64,000 bases of DNA from Candidatus Hydrogenedentes bacterium UBA2224. Its GTDB lineage: Bacteria; Hydrogenedentota; Hydrogenedentia; Hydrogenedentales; SLHB01. Positions within the stretch are counted from its first letter, which is position 1, and each line of letters begins with the position of its first letter. Below the pieces are notes generated by a model. That model saw only the letters and a program-made list of their open reading frames with translations. It had not been told where the DNA came from and did not search any database. The position numbers and the translations under genes are program-made. The stretch spans positions 24,248 to 88,247 of the forward strand of contig DDYW01000021.1 of NCBI GenBank assembly GCA_002348185.1. Direction: 5' to 3'. Below are positions 28,154 to 36,954 of this stretch, in pieces.

Positions 28154-29158
28154 ATGAAGAAGTGGACTGTGATGATGATCCCCCATGGCAAAGGGGCGAC
28201 TCGCAATCTAAGCCTTTCTTCCTTTCATATCTGGGTCACGGTCGCAAGCTTCTGTGTTCTCGCCTTCGCCTCCACCTTCACGCTCCAATTATACCGCAAT
28301 TCCCTCGCGCGGGTGGATGCCCTGGAACGGCAAACCTTCCATTTGCGCACCGCCACGCGCGGGGAGGTGTCCCGTCCTGTCGAAGGTATCTCCACGGAGG
28401 AGCTGGCGGCCATCGAGAGCAAGTACCGTGAAGATTACAAGAAGAGCATTGATTCCATTACAAGTAAATTGAACCGGCTGTACGAACTGGAATCGCAGAT
28501 CCGCGAAGTGCATGACCTTCCCGCCAAGGTGCGGTCCTCCTCGGACTACATCCGGGACGGCGTGGGCGGCGTGGGCGGCCCGCCCGCCGACCTGAGCGAG
28601 ATGGTGACGTCGGGCGACGACGAGCTCACGCGGCCGTCGAACTGGATCTACGGTCTGTCGCAGCCGTCCGCCGACCTCATTATCCAGGAGATCAATCTGC
28701 GCGTCGCCAGCCTCGAAGAACTGCTGACGGCCACGGCCGAAAAGCGCGAACGCATTGCCTGCACGCCGAACATTCTGCCGACGCTTGACGCGCGCCGCCG
28801 GATCAGTTCCCGGTTCGGCAACCGCAAGGATCCCTTTTCGAAGCGTCTGCAGTTCCATGCCGGCCTCGACATCTCGGCCACCCCCAAGTCTCCGGTGCTG
28901 GCCACCGCCAAGGGCAAGGTGGTAAAATCCGAGCGCGACGGCGAACTGGGCAATGTCATTGAGATCGACCATGGGAACGGGTTCCGGACGCTGTACGCGC
29001 ACCTGGACAAGCTCCTGGCCCGGGTTGGTGACACGGTTACGCGCGGCGACACCATTGGATTGCTGGGCACGACGGGCCGCAGTACCGGCTACCATGTCCA
29101 TTACGAAGTCTTCAAGAATGGCAAAAACATTGACCCCGAAACCACTGTGGTTAACTGA
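28154..29158 (+). CDS. M23 family metallopeptidase (membrane-anchored, coiled-coil N-terminal half)
   Basis: FHAGLDIS, IEIDHGNGFRTLYAHL, GTTGRSTGYHVHYEV (HxxxD and HxH zinc motifs). Confidence 0.9.
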   Translation: MKKWTVMMIPHGKGATRNLSLSSFHIWVTVASFCVLAFASTFTLQLYRNSLARVDALERQTFHLRTATRGEVSRPVEGISTEELAAIESKYREDYKKSIDSITSKLNRLYELESQIREVHDLPAKVRSSSDYIRDGVGGVGGPPADLSEMVTSGDDELTRPSNWIYGLSQPSADLIIQEINLRVASLEELLTATAEKRERIACTPNILPTLDARRRISSRFGNRKDPFSKRLQFHAGLDISATPKSPVLATAKGKVVKSERDGELGNVIEIDHGNGFRTLYAHLDKLLARVGDTVTRGDTIGLLGTTGRSTGYHVHYEVFKNGKNIDPETTVVN

Positions 29159-29160
29159 AC

Positions 29161-29583
29161 ATGCTTGATTCCGGAAGAAAAAAGACCTACAACGAGACGA
29201 ATGTGGTCACGATTATCGGCCAGGGAACGACCGTCATCGGCGAATTGAAGTCGAAAGGCACCATTCGCATCGAAGGCGTCATCTCCGGCCGGGTCCAGTG
29301 CGAGGACACGATTGTCGTGCAGGAGACCGGCCGGGTGAAGGCCGAAATGATCGCAGGACAGATCATCATCGGCGGCGAGGTCGAGGGCAACGTGTTCGCC
29401 CATGACCGCCTGGAAGTCACCTCGAAAGGCAAGCTGCTGGGCGACATCACCGCGCCGCGTATCGCCATCGCCGAAGGCGTCCTTTTCGAAGGCAAGTGCC
29501 AGATGAAACCGCCGGGCCAGATGAAGCCGCCAACGGGCGATGCCCCGGCCGTTTCCGGACAGGCCCCGCATCCACAGGGATAA
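29161..29583 (+). CDS. bactofilin (polymer-forming cytoskeletal protein)
   Basis: IIGQGTTVIGELKSKGTIRIEGVISGRV...GGEVEGNV...GDITAPRIAIAEGVLFEG, a beta-helical DUF583 repeat pattern. It starts 3 nt after the M23 stop. Confidence 0.9.
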   Translation: MLDSGRKKTYNETNVVTIIGQGTTVIGELKSKGTIRIEGVISGRVQCEDTIVVQETGRVKAEMIAGQIIIGGEVEGNVFAHDRLEVTSKGKLLGDITAPRIAIAEGVLFEGKCQMKPPGQMKPPTGDAPAVSGQAPHPQG

Positions 29584-29644
29584 ACCGCGCCGGGAGCGTC
29601 GGCGCACTGCCGGCGCCGGCACTCCTCACGGGAAACCGTCTCCC

Positions 29645-30712
29645 ATGACACCCACGGAGCCCGCCAGAGTTGTCGTCGCCATGAGCGGGGGGGTGGACAG
29701 TTCTGTTGCGGCCGCCCTGCTGAAAGACGCCGGTCATGAGGTTTTGGGCGTGACCATGCGGCTCTTTCCGGGCTGCGACGAGGCCGCGGGGTCGAGGGAA
29801 CAGGCCATCGAGGATGCCCGCCGCGCCGCCGCCCGGCTTGGTATCCCGCATCATGTCGCGGAGCTCACCGGGCACTTCCAGCGCCAGGTCCTCGACTACT
29901 TCCTGGACGAATACCGGCGCGCCAGGACCCCCAACCCCTGCGTCCGGTGCAACCAGCGGATCAAATTCGGGGCGCTGCTCGACCAGGCCCGCGCGCTGGG
30001 GGGGGAGTTCCTCGCCACGGGCCACTACGTCCGCGTGGCCGCCCGGGAGGGCCGGTACGCGGTCTGCCGGGCTGCCTGCCGCGAGAAGGACCAGAGCTAC
30101 GTGCTGTCGGGGCTAAGCCAGGAACAACTGGCGCGCGTCGTTTTTCCGCTCGGAGATCTCAGCAAGGACGAGACGCGGGCGATCGCCCGGTCGCTCGGGC
30201 TCGACGTCGCCGAAAAATCCGAGAGCCAGGACATCTGTTTCCTGGAAGGGGGGGATTACCGGGGCTATCTTGCCCGGCAGGGCGCGACCGGCGGGCCGGG
30301 CCCCATCGTCTCTACCTCGGGGAAGGTGCTCGGAACGCATACCGGCCTGGCCCATTACACGGTAGGCCAGCGCAGGGGCCTGGGCATCGCTGCTCCCCGG
30401 CCCTATTACGTGTTGCGACTGCTGCCGGAGCGCAACACGGTGGTGGTGGGATTTCATGAGGAGACCTTTGCGAAACGCCTCACGGCGAGCGGCGTCGTGT
30501 GGGCGGGCCTCTCCCCGCAGACCGACCCGTTCGAGTGCCAGATCCAGATCCGCTACCGCCACGAGGCGGTGACCTGCACGGTCGCACCCGCTCCGGACCG
30601 CTTTTCCGCGGAGTTCGATGCGCCCCAGCGCGCCGTGACTCCCGGACAGTGGGCGGTCCTGTATCGCGGCGACCTGGTGCTTGCGGCCGGGACCATCGAT
30701 ACCTTCGAATAG
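29645..30712 (+). CDS. mnmA: tRNA 2-thiouridine(34) synthase
   Basis: VVVAMSGGVDSSVAAALL PP-loop, NPCVRCN, ATGHY, KDQSY. Confidence 0.93.
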   Translation: MTPTEPARVVVAMSGGVDSSVAAALLKDAGHEVLGVTMRLFPGCDEAAGSREQAIEDARRAAARLGIPHHVAELTGHFQRQVLDYFLDEYRRARTPNPCVRCNQRIKFGALLDQARALGGEFLATGHYVRVAAREGRYAVCRAACREKDQSYVLSGLSQEQLARVVFPLGDLSKDETRAIARSLGLDVAEKSESQDICFLEGGDYRGYLARQGATGGPGPIVSTSGKVLGTHTGLAHYTVGQRRGLGIAAPRPYYVLRLLPERNTVVVGFHEETFAKRLTASGVVWAGLSPQTDPFECQIQIRYRHEAVTCTVAPAPDRFSAEFDAPQRAVTPGQWAVLYRGDLVLAAGTIDTFE

Positions 30713-30784
30713 CCCGCCGCGTTGCATCCGTTCTGCGGGGCTGTTAGACTGTCTCAAAACCGCAACCCAACCGCGAGGAACGCC

Positions 30785-32161
30785 ATGTTTATCAGAGTCA
30801 TCGCCCTGGCCCTGCTTTTTGTGATCGGTGCATCGCTCACGCCGGCCTACGGCGCGGAACGCCAGATCACCACCACCGCCAAGAACCACAATCTCGACAA
30901 CAACGACAATTTCTCGCCCGATGGGCGTTTTTTGTGCTATGACACCCGGGAAACCGTGGGGTCCGGCATCGGGAATGGCCAGACCATCGAGAAAGTCGAA
31001 CTCGCCACGGGCGAGGAAACGATGCTCTACCAGCCGGAAAAGACCCTTACCGGCGACAATGCGGCTCCCGGCGTGGGCGCGGTCACCTTCTGCCCCGTCG
31101 CCAACAAGGTCGCGTTCATTCACGGTCCCCTCGTCGACGACGTGCCCGAACGCGGGTATTACGACAAAACCAACCGCGTGGGGGCGGAAGTCATCGCGGA
31201 CGGCAGCCAGCGGCGCGTCTGGCTGGATCGGCGCGACGTCGCCACCGGCCGCGACACCCTCCCCGGCGCGCACCGGGGCGGCACGCACCGGCACGAATAC
31301 TCCTTTGACGGCAAGCGCATCGGCTTCACCTACGACGATGCCCTGTTGACCGAATACGGCCGCACCATCGGCATGCTGGTTCCGCATCCCCAGGCGCCCG
31401 AAGGCGCGACGCACTACTTTGCTTTGCTCGTCCGCGTCGCTCCCAAAGACACGTCCAAATCCGGCGAGCTGGAATCCGCCAAGAGCGATTCGTGGATCGG
31501 CCGGGAGGGGCTGATGCGCGGCTTTATCGGGACCGTCCGCGAACCGGACGGCTCCTTCCAGGAGTCGCTCTTTGTGGTGGACGTGCCCGCCGATGTCGAC
31601 GTCACCACGGCCGACAGCGGCGCGGCGGACCGCTATCCCTCGCCGCCGAACGGTCTGAAGGTGCGTCGGCTCACCCATAGCTGGGCCGCGGGGAACGTGC
31701 GCGGGACGCTCCAGGGCGACCGCATCGCGTACTACGCCAAGGCGGCTGACGGCACCCGGCAGGTGTTCATCATCCCGTCGGACGGTTCGGATCAGAGCGA
31801 TGACCCCGCGAAGCGGCCTGTTCAGGCGACGCATTTCGAGGGCGGCGCGGGCGACGGCATCCGGTGGCATCCCAGCGGCAACGCGATTGCCTGCATCGCG
31901 GACGGCGGCGTCGCGGTCACCTGTGTGGTTCCCGGCCCTGATTTCGGCAAGAGCGTCTTTGTGACACCCCACGGCGATACCGAACGCTCCGACCTGGTCT
32001 GGTCGCCCGACGGCTCGGTGCTGGCGTATTGCCGGGTCGTGGAGACTCTGGGCGGGGATGGCCAGCCGGCCCGCAACTACAAAGGCGAGGATTTCAGCCA
32101 GATTTTCACGGTCGAATACCCCGACGCCAACGGCGACGGCATTGCCGACACGCTGGAATAG
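30785..32161 (+). CDS. DUF3748 (YidR-like) beta-propeller protein, secreted
   Basis: Signal peptide MFIRVIALALLFVIGASLTPAYG. QITTTAKNHNLDNNDNFSPDGRFLCYDTR...VAFIHGP parallels E. coli YidR. Confidence 0.75.
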   Translation: MFIRVIALALLFVIGASLTPAYGAERQITTTAKNHNLDNNDNFSPDGRFLCYDTRETVGSGIGNGQTIEKVELATGEETMLYQPEKTLTGDNAAPGVGAVTFCPVANKVAFIHGPLVDDVPERGYYDKTNRVGAEVIADGSQRRVWLDRRDVATGRDTLPGAHRGGTHRHEYSFDGKRIGFTYDDALLTEYGRTIGMLVPHPQAPEGATHYFALLVRVAPKDTSKSGELESAKSDSWIGREGLMRGFIGTVREPDGSFQESLFVVDVPADVDVTTADSGAADRYPSPPNGLKVRRLTHSWAAGNVRGTLQGDRIAYYAKAADGTRQVFIIPSDGSDQSDDPAKRPVQATHFEGGAGDGIRWHPSGNAIACIADGGVAVTCVVPGPDFGKSVFVTPHGDTERSDLVWSPDGSVLAYCRVVETLGGDGQPARNYKGEDFSQIFTVEYPDANGDGIADTLE

Positions 32162-32226
32162 GTTCAGCGAGCGGGTATAGAGCAGAGCGCAAGGCGGGGT
32201 TTGACCTGCCGCCGGAGAATGAGAAC

Positions 32227-32245
32227 GCGGGCCCCCCGGGCCCGC
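32227..32245. terminator. short GC hairpin between convergent genes
   Basis: gcgggccc-ccc-gggcccgc followed by atttatt. Confidence 0.45.
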
Positions 32246-32302
32246 ATTTATTCGTGGTGGACGATTCCGCTAGTTAACGTTGTGGCCGTGGCGCCGGGAG
32301 CT

Positions 32303-33148
32303 TCAGGGATTGACCTCCTCGACGATTTGCATCAGGCGGCGGCCGTACTCGGTATAGGTCGAGTAGAGCTTGTCTTCACTCGTGGTGCGTTCTCCGGTGT
32401 GGATGATGGCCGCGAGGTGGGGTTCGATCGACAGCCCTCCGTCGTATCCATTCGCCAGGAGATCGCCAACGATCTCGCGCACGCAGCCGTCGCCTTCCCC
32501 GCAATAGACGTAGTGGTCTTCGCCGTTCACTTTCCGGATGTCCTTGATGTGCACGTACACGATGCTGTCGTACACGGCCTGGTAATACTCCCAGGCGTTC
32601 TGTCCGTAGCTGACCGGGTTGCCGGTATCGAACACGACCTGGAGCGCCGGGCTGTCGACTTCGGCGAGGAGGATATTGCTGTTTTCGGCCGACTGGCCGC
32701 CCCATCCGCTGCAGTTTTCGTGGGCGAGGATGATGCCGCCGTCCTCGGCCATGTCCGCGAGCACGCCCATACGCCGGATGGCTTCGTTGCGCCATTCCCG
32801 TTCCGGCAGGGGGTGGTTGGGGTCGTTGGGGTAACTCATGACGCGGATAAACGGGCAGTTGAACCGGTGCATGCGGGGAATGGCCCGTTTCAGGTCGTCG
32901 ATGTCGATCTGCGGGTCGCAGGTGATGGGCCGTGCCCAGTTGGCGATGGCGCTGCCGAAGCACGAGACCTGCATGCCGGCGGCCGCGAGTTTCTCGTAGA
33001 CCTCGTCAAGTTTAGCATCGGAGATGGCGGTGATGTTCTCTCCGTCCACCAGGCGCAGTTCCATGTGGTTCCAGCCCAGTTCCTGGTGCGCCCTGATCTG
33101 GGTGTCGATGGTCTGGCCGGATTCGTCCGAGATGCCGGAATAGAACAT
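32303..33148 (-). CDS. sugar phosphate isomerase/epimerase (xylose-isomerase-like TIM barrel)
   Basis: ELGWNHMELR, ILAHENCSGWGG, SIEPH motifs. GGGAG box before the ATG at 33148. Confidence 0.85.
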   Translation of the reverse strand: MFYSGISDESGQTIDTQIRAHQELGWNHMELRLVDGENITAISDAKLDEVYEKLAAAGMQVSCFGSAIANWARPITCDPQIDIDDLKRAIPRMHRFNCPFIRVMSYPNDPNHPLPEREWRNEAIRRMGVLADMAEDGGIILAHENCSGWGGQSAENSNILLAEVDSPALQVVFDTGNPVSYGQNAWEYYQAVYDSIVYVHIKDIRKVNGEDHYVYCGEGDGCVREIVGDLLANGYDGGLSIEPHLAAIIHTGERTTSEDKLYSTYTEYGRRLMQIVEEVNP

Positions 33149-33364
33149 GGTGAACTCCCTGCAGGCGCGCGCGGCGCCGACGTTGAATGCCCCGAATCGG
33201 AGCTTTGTTCTCGCTGAATCCCATCGTACCGCAGCGCGCCGGAGGCGTGCAACTGGGAGGGGCGGCCCCCGGCGGCGGCACAAAAAAGACCGGGCGGCAT
33301 CCGCTCGAAAGCGGCGCCGCCCGGCGAACTCCGTCCACTACGAACCGGCGGTGTTCCCGGTGCG

Positions 33365-34597
33365 TCAGCGAATGCTTGCCTCGGTCCAGGAACCCGCGTG
33401 CGGCGCCGTCGCGGGCACGGTAAGCGCCGCTTCGGCTTCCGCGGGAAGCGCGATCGCGGGCGCGGCGTCGGGAATGCCGAAGCTGAGGAACGCGCTCAGG
33501 ACAATCAGCGCCACCGCCACGCCGACGAGAATACGCAGGCTCCTGCGGATGTCCAGCTCCGCGGCGTATTTGCCGATCAGGCTGGGCATGAGGGTCGCGC
33601 CCAGCAGGCCGATGCCGAAGATCAAGCCAAAGACGCTGCCCGAGGCTTCGGTCTTGTTGAAAGTGACGCCCACCAGGGTCGGGAAAATGGGTCCCAGGAT
33701 AAAACCGGTCAGGACCGTAGCGCCGACGCCGACGCTGGCCGACTTGGCGGCCACCATCAGGGCGATCGTAATCACGGCGACCACGGCCAGCACCGGCACC
33801 ACGTACACCGACGCGTCCGCCGGGACGGTGAACGCCGCGATGAGCCGTGCGAACATCAGGGCGATCCAGAACCCCGACAGGGCCGTGCCGGCCTTTTCGT
33901 CGGACAGTTCGTGGCTCTTGAGGTAGGTGGTGATAAACCCGGCCAGGGTGGTTTCGAGGCTCATGTAGCAGAACAGGGCCAGGCCGCCCGCCCAAACGCC
34001 TCCCCGGCCGAGCAGGCCGATCGCCTGGGTGATTTTGAACCCCTCGGGAGGCGCCGGGAAGGTGCCGACCAGCGCGAACAGGATCGGGATCAGCAGAATC
34101 GCGCCGATAATGCTCACGGTCTTCTTGTACCCGATCTTTCCGAGCAGGGCCGCGATGATCAATGGGGTAATAAACGCGCCGACGCCGAAGAACACGTTGA
34201 GGAGGTTCGAAGCGGCTGCGTTATTCTTCCCGCCAAACAGAACCGCCGGTCCGAGCGTATTGCCGACCGTGTTAACGCACATGGCCGCGATCCCGAGCAA
34301 AAGGCAGGCAACGAGCGCGGCATTGTATGAGGTTGCGCTCGCGAGCAGCCAGAGGCAAATCGCGCCGGCCACAAATCCGATCAGGGCAATGATCTTGAAC
34401 CCCAACAGGTCGGTCAGGGGGCCGATGAGCAGCACGAACACCAGGCTGCTGAACATCAGCGCCGAGATCAGCTGGCCGACCTTGGCGTCGTCAATCTTCA
34501 GCTGTTCCGCCAGCTTCAACTTGACGCTGCCCAGAACGGAGAAGCACACTCCGAGGGCAAACACACCTGAAAATGCGGTCAATATTACAGGATCCAT
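33365..34597 (-). CDS. MFS transporter
   Basis: About 12 predicted hydrophobic helices. GGAAGGAGAA box before the ATG at 34597. Confidence 0.85.
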   Translation of the reverse strand: MDPVILTAFSGVFALGVCFSVLGSVKLKLAEQLKIDDAKVGQLISALMFSSLVFVLLIGPLTDLLGFKIIALIGFVAGAICLWLLASATSYNAALVACLLLGIAAMCVNTVGNTLGPAVLFGGKNNAAASNLLNVFFGVGAFITPLIIAALLGKIGYKKTVSIIGAILLIPILFALVGTFPAPPEGFKITQAIGLLGRGGVWAGGLALFCYMSLETTLAGFITTYLKSHELSDEKAGTALSGFWIALMFARLIAAFTVPADASVYVVPVLAVVAVITIALMVAAKSASVGVGATVLTGFILGPIFPTLVGVTFNKTEASGSVFGLIFGIGLLGATLMPSLIGKYAAELDIRRSLRILVGVAVALIVLSAFLSFGIPDAAPAIALPAEAEAALTVPATAPHAGSWTEASIR

Positions 34598-34862
34598 GAC
34601 GTTCTCCTTCCCCTGTGTCCCAGTACAGGACCACCCCCCGGGACCGGTTGACGGAATGAGTTTCCGCACCCGCTCCCGCGCGGGGCAAACGTATCAGCCT
34701 TCCGGCGCACCGGTTCTCGGAGTAGTCCGAGACCGGGTCCCCTGTTCCTTACGATGGTACCTTTCGCCGCGCCGCGCGTCAAGGCCGCGAATCGCGCCCG
34801 TTCGCCTGAGGATGGTAAGCGGTCCAGGATCACTGCTGCGGCTCTCGTGCGCTGTCCTCCAA

Positions 34863-34898
34863 GTGGACCCTATGGACGGTATGGACCCCATGGACGCG
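34863..34898 (+). repeat. 9-bp-phased RTGGAC array (4 units)
   Basis: gtggaccct atggacggt atggacccc atggacgcg. Confidence 0.8.
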
Positions 34899-35002
34899 CC
34901 TGCATCGGGATCGCTGATGTGAAATACGGTGAGAGGGATAATTGCCTCACACAAAGCCACAAAGCCGCCATGGAGGACATTCTGGACAAATCCGGGGCCT
35001 CG

Positions 35003-35078
35003 TTGTAGCGCAGGCGTCTCGCCTGCATTCGGGTCTGAGCCCGGAATCAAGAATGCAGGCGAGACGCCTGCGCTACAA
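35003..35078. repeat. 28-bp perfect inverted repeat with a 20-nt spacer; each arm holds its own 7-bp palindrome
   Basis: ttgtagcgcaggcgtctcgcctgcattc ...20 nt... gaatgcaggcgagacgcctgcgctacaa. Inner palindrome gcaggcg-nnn-cgcctgc. Confidence 0.85.
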
Positions 35079-35365
35079 GAATCCCGCTCTTTTTCGGTGC
35101 CTTTGAACTCGGAGGACTCTGCGCTCTCTGTGGCCGATTTCTTTGCCGGGCCGACGCGCCTGGCCCGGATGGGCAGCCACGGGGGGCTGTCCCTACAAGG
35201 GGAACCTGATGGGCAACGCCGTAGACGCTGAAGATGGGACTCCGGGGAGCCCGGAACGGGGTCCAATGTGAGTCGACATAATGGATCGACCGGCGCGATT
35301 CGTAGCATCGTAGGTTAAGCCAGGAATAACCGCAGCCCAGGGATCATGCGCGGGGGGGTTGTGTC

Positions 35366-36688
35366 TCAGTCAAGGATCAGGATGAGGCGGAGATAGAGGA
35401 ACCAGAGCATGCGCAGGGCGAGCAAGAGGACGACGCCGAGCCCGAGCAGGCCGATGATATTGGCGGCGAGCCGGTTGCGGCGGTCCCCCATGACGTTTTT
35501 GCGGTTTGCGAGCCAGAGGATGGTGGCGGCCATGAGGGGGTTGCCGATGACCGTCATGGCTTGCCCGAAGATCATGAGGTTGACGGTGGGAATCTTGAGC
35601 AGGAGGCCGGCGCTCGCGATGATGAACCCGGTAAGGAGCACGCAGACAGTAAACATGCGGGGCCAGAAGTCGTTGAGTCTGCCCGGAAAGCCCAGGCCGT
35701 CGGCGAGGGCGGTGCCGCCGATCATGGCGTTGATCAGGAAGGGGTTGAGCGCGATGGGGATCAACCCGATGCAAAACACGTAGAAGGCGGCCGGGCCGAG
35801 CAGGGGTTTGAGGGTCAGGGCAAGCGTCGCGATGTTGTTGGCGGGTTTGCCGAGGATGACCGTGCCCGCGGTGACCATGATCATCATGCTGACCAGGGTC
35901 AGCACGCCCACTCCGGCAACGGAATCGCCGATACCCCGGTCGTAATCTTCCTTGTCCCAGCCCTTTTCACGCACCAGATTGCCCTGAAAGAACGCACCCG
36001 CGACCGAGACCGTGGTTCCCATGAGCGAGGCGATCAATACCAGCGGGTCGTTGATGTCCCCGTCCACAATCCTGGGGATGCCGAGGGAGAGCTTCTCCGG
36101 AATGCCGGGCACGAGTCCTTTCAACACCTCGAAGAGGTTCGGACGGGCGACCAGCAAGTTGACCAGGAAGGACAGCAGCACGAGCCCGACCATGAACTTC
36201 ATGACGTTCTCGAGGGTCTTGAACACGGATTGCGCGCGGAGCATGAGGAGGATCAGGATGGCGTTGAGGAGGGCCACGGCGCCTATCTGGAACGCCAGGC
36301 CGTAGCGTTCCGGAGCGAAGGCGCTGACGGCGAGCGCGACAGCCAGATTGTTGGAGAATTGGAAGGCCGCGCAGGTCAGGCACAACACGATGCCCAGGAG
36401 CGCGGCGAAGGGGCGGTTGACCTCGCGGGCCAGGGTGGTGAAGTGGGTGGCGCCCGCGGTGACGCCGACGCGGGCCGACATCGTCATGTAGCCGCCCATG
36501 ACCAGGCCGGCCAGCGCGAGCAGCCAGAGGAGCTCGTAGCCGTAGGTCGCGCCCACGTTGGCGCTGATCACCAGGCTTCCCGGACCAAAGACCACGCAGG
36601 CGGTGATCAGGGCCGGGCCGATGGTTTTCCACCACGGCGGGCGCTGGGGCTCCACGTCTTTTTGCAGGTTCTGAGACATCGAATTCAT
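35366..36688 (-). CDS. Nramp/SLC11-family transporter with non-canonical metal-site motifs
   Basis: Overall Nramp topology and TM1 context (WWKTIGPALITACVVFGPGSLVISANVGATYGYELLW), but GPGS replaces DPGN and no MPH motif is seen in TM6. The start is 36688 or 36679. Confidence 0.85.
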   Translation of the reverse strand: MNSMSQNLQKDVEPQRPPWWKTIGPALITACVVFGPGSLVISANVGATYGYELLWLLALAGLVMGGYMTMSARVGVTAGATHFTTLAREVNRPFAALLGIVLCLTCAAFQFSNNLAVALAVSAFAPERYGLAFQIGAVALLNAILILLMLRAQSVFKTLENVMKFMVGLVLLSFLVNLLVARPNLFEVLKGLVPGIPEKLSLGIPRIVDGDINDPLVLIASLMGTTVSVAGAFFQGNLVREKGWDKEDYDRGIGDSVAGVGVLTLVSMMIMVTAGTVILGKPANNIATLALTLKPLLGPAAFYVFCIGLIPIALNPFLINAMIGGTALADGLGFPGRLNDFWPRMFTVCVLLTGFIIASAGLLLKIPTVNLMIFGQAMTVIGNPLMAATILWLANRKNVMGDRRNRLAANIIGLLGLGVVLLLALRMLWFLYLRLILILD

Positions 36689-36954
36689 CCTTGTTGCTGC
36701 CAAGACCCCGAGAGGCGCCTTGCGGCGGGCCTTCCCCAATAACCCTTCCCGCCCGATTGTAGAAAAACAGCCTGTGCATCCCCGCTGTGGCCATTTTGCC
36801 GCCGGTCCGCGGGAATGTCAAAAAGCGCCCCGCAGATGCGCGCATGCCCGGGGGGCTGGATGGCGACCGGGCACGCGTTTTCGCTGGACAGGGTGGGGGA
36901 GCGCGATTAGACTGAGTTCGCCGGTCGCGGAACCGGGAACGAGGGGGATGTGCG

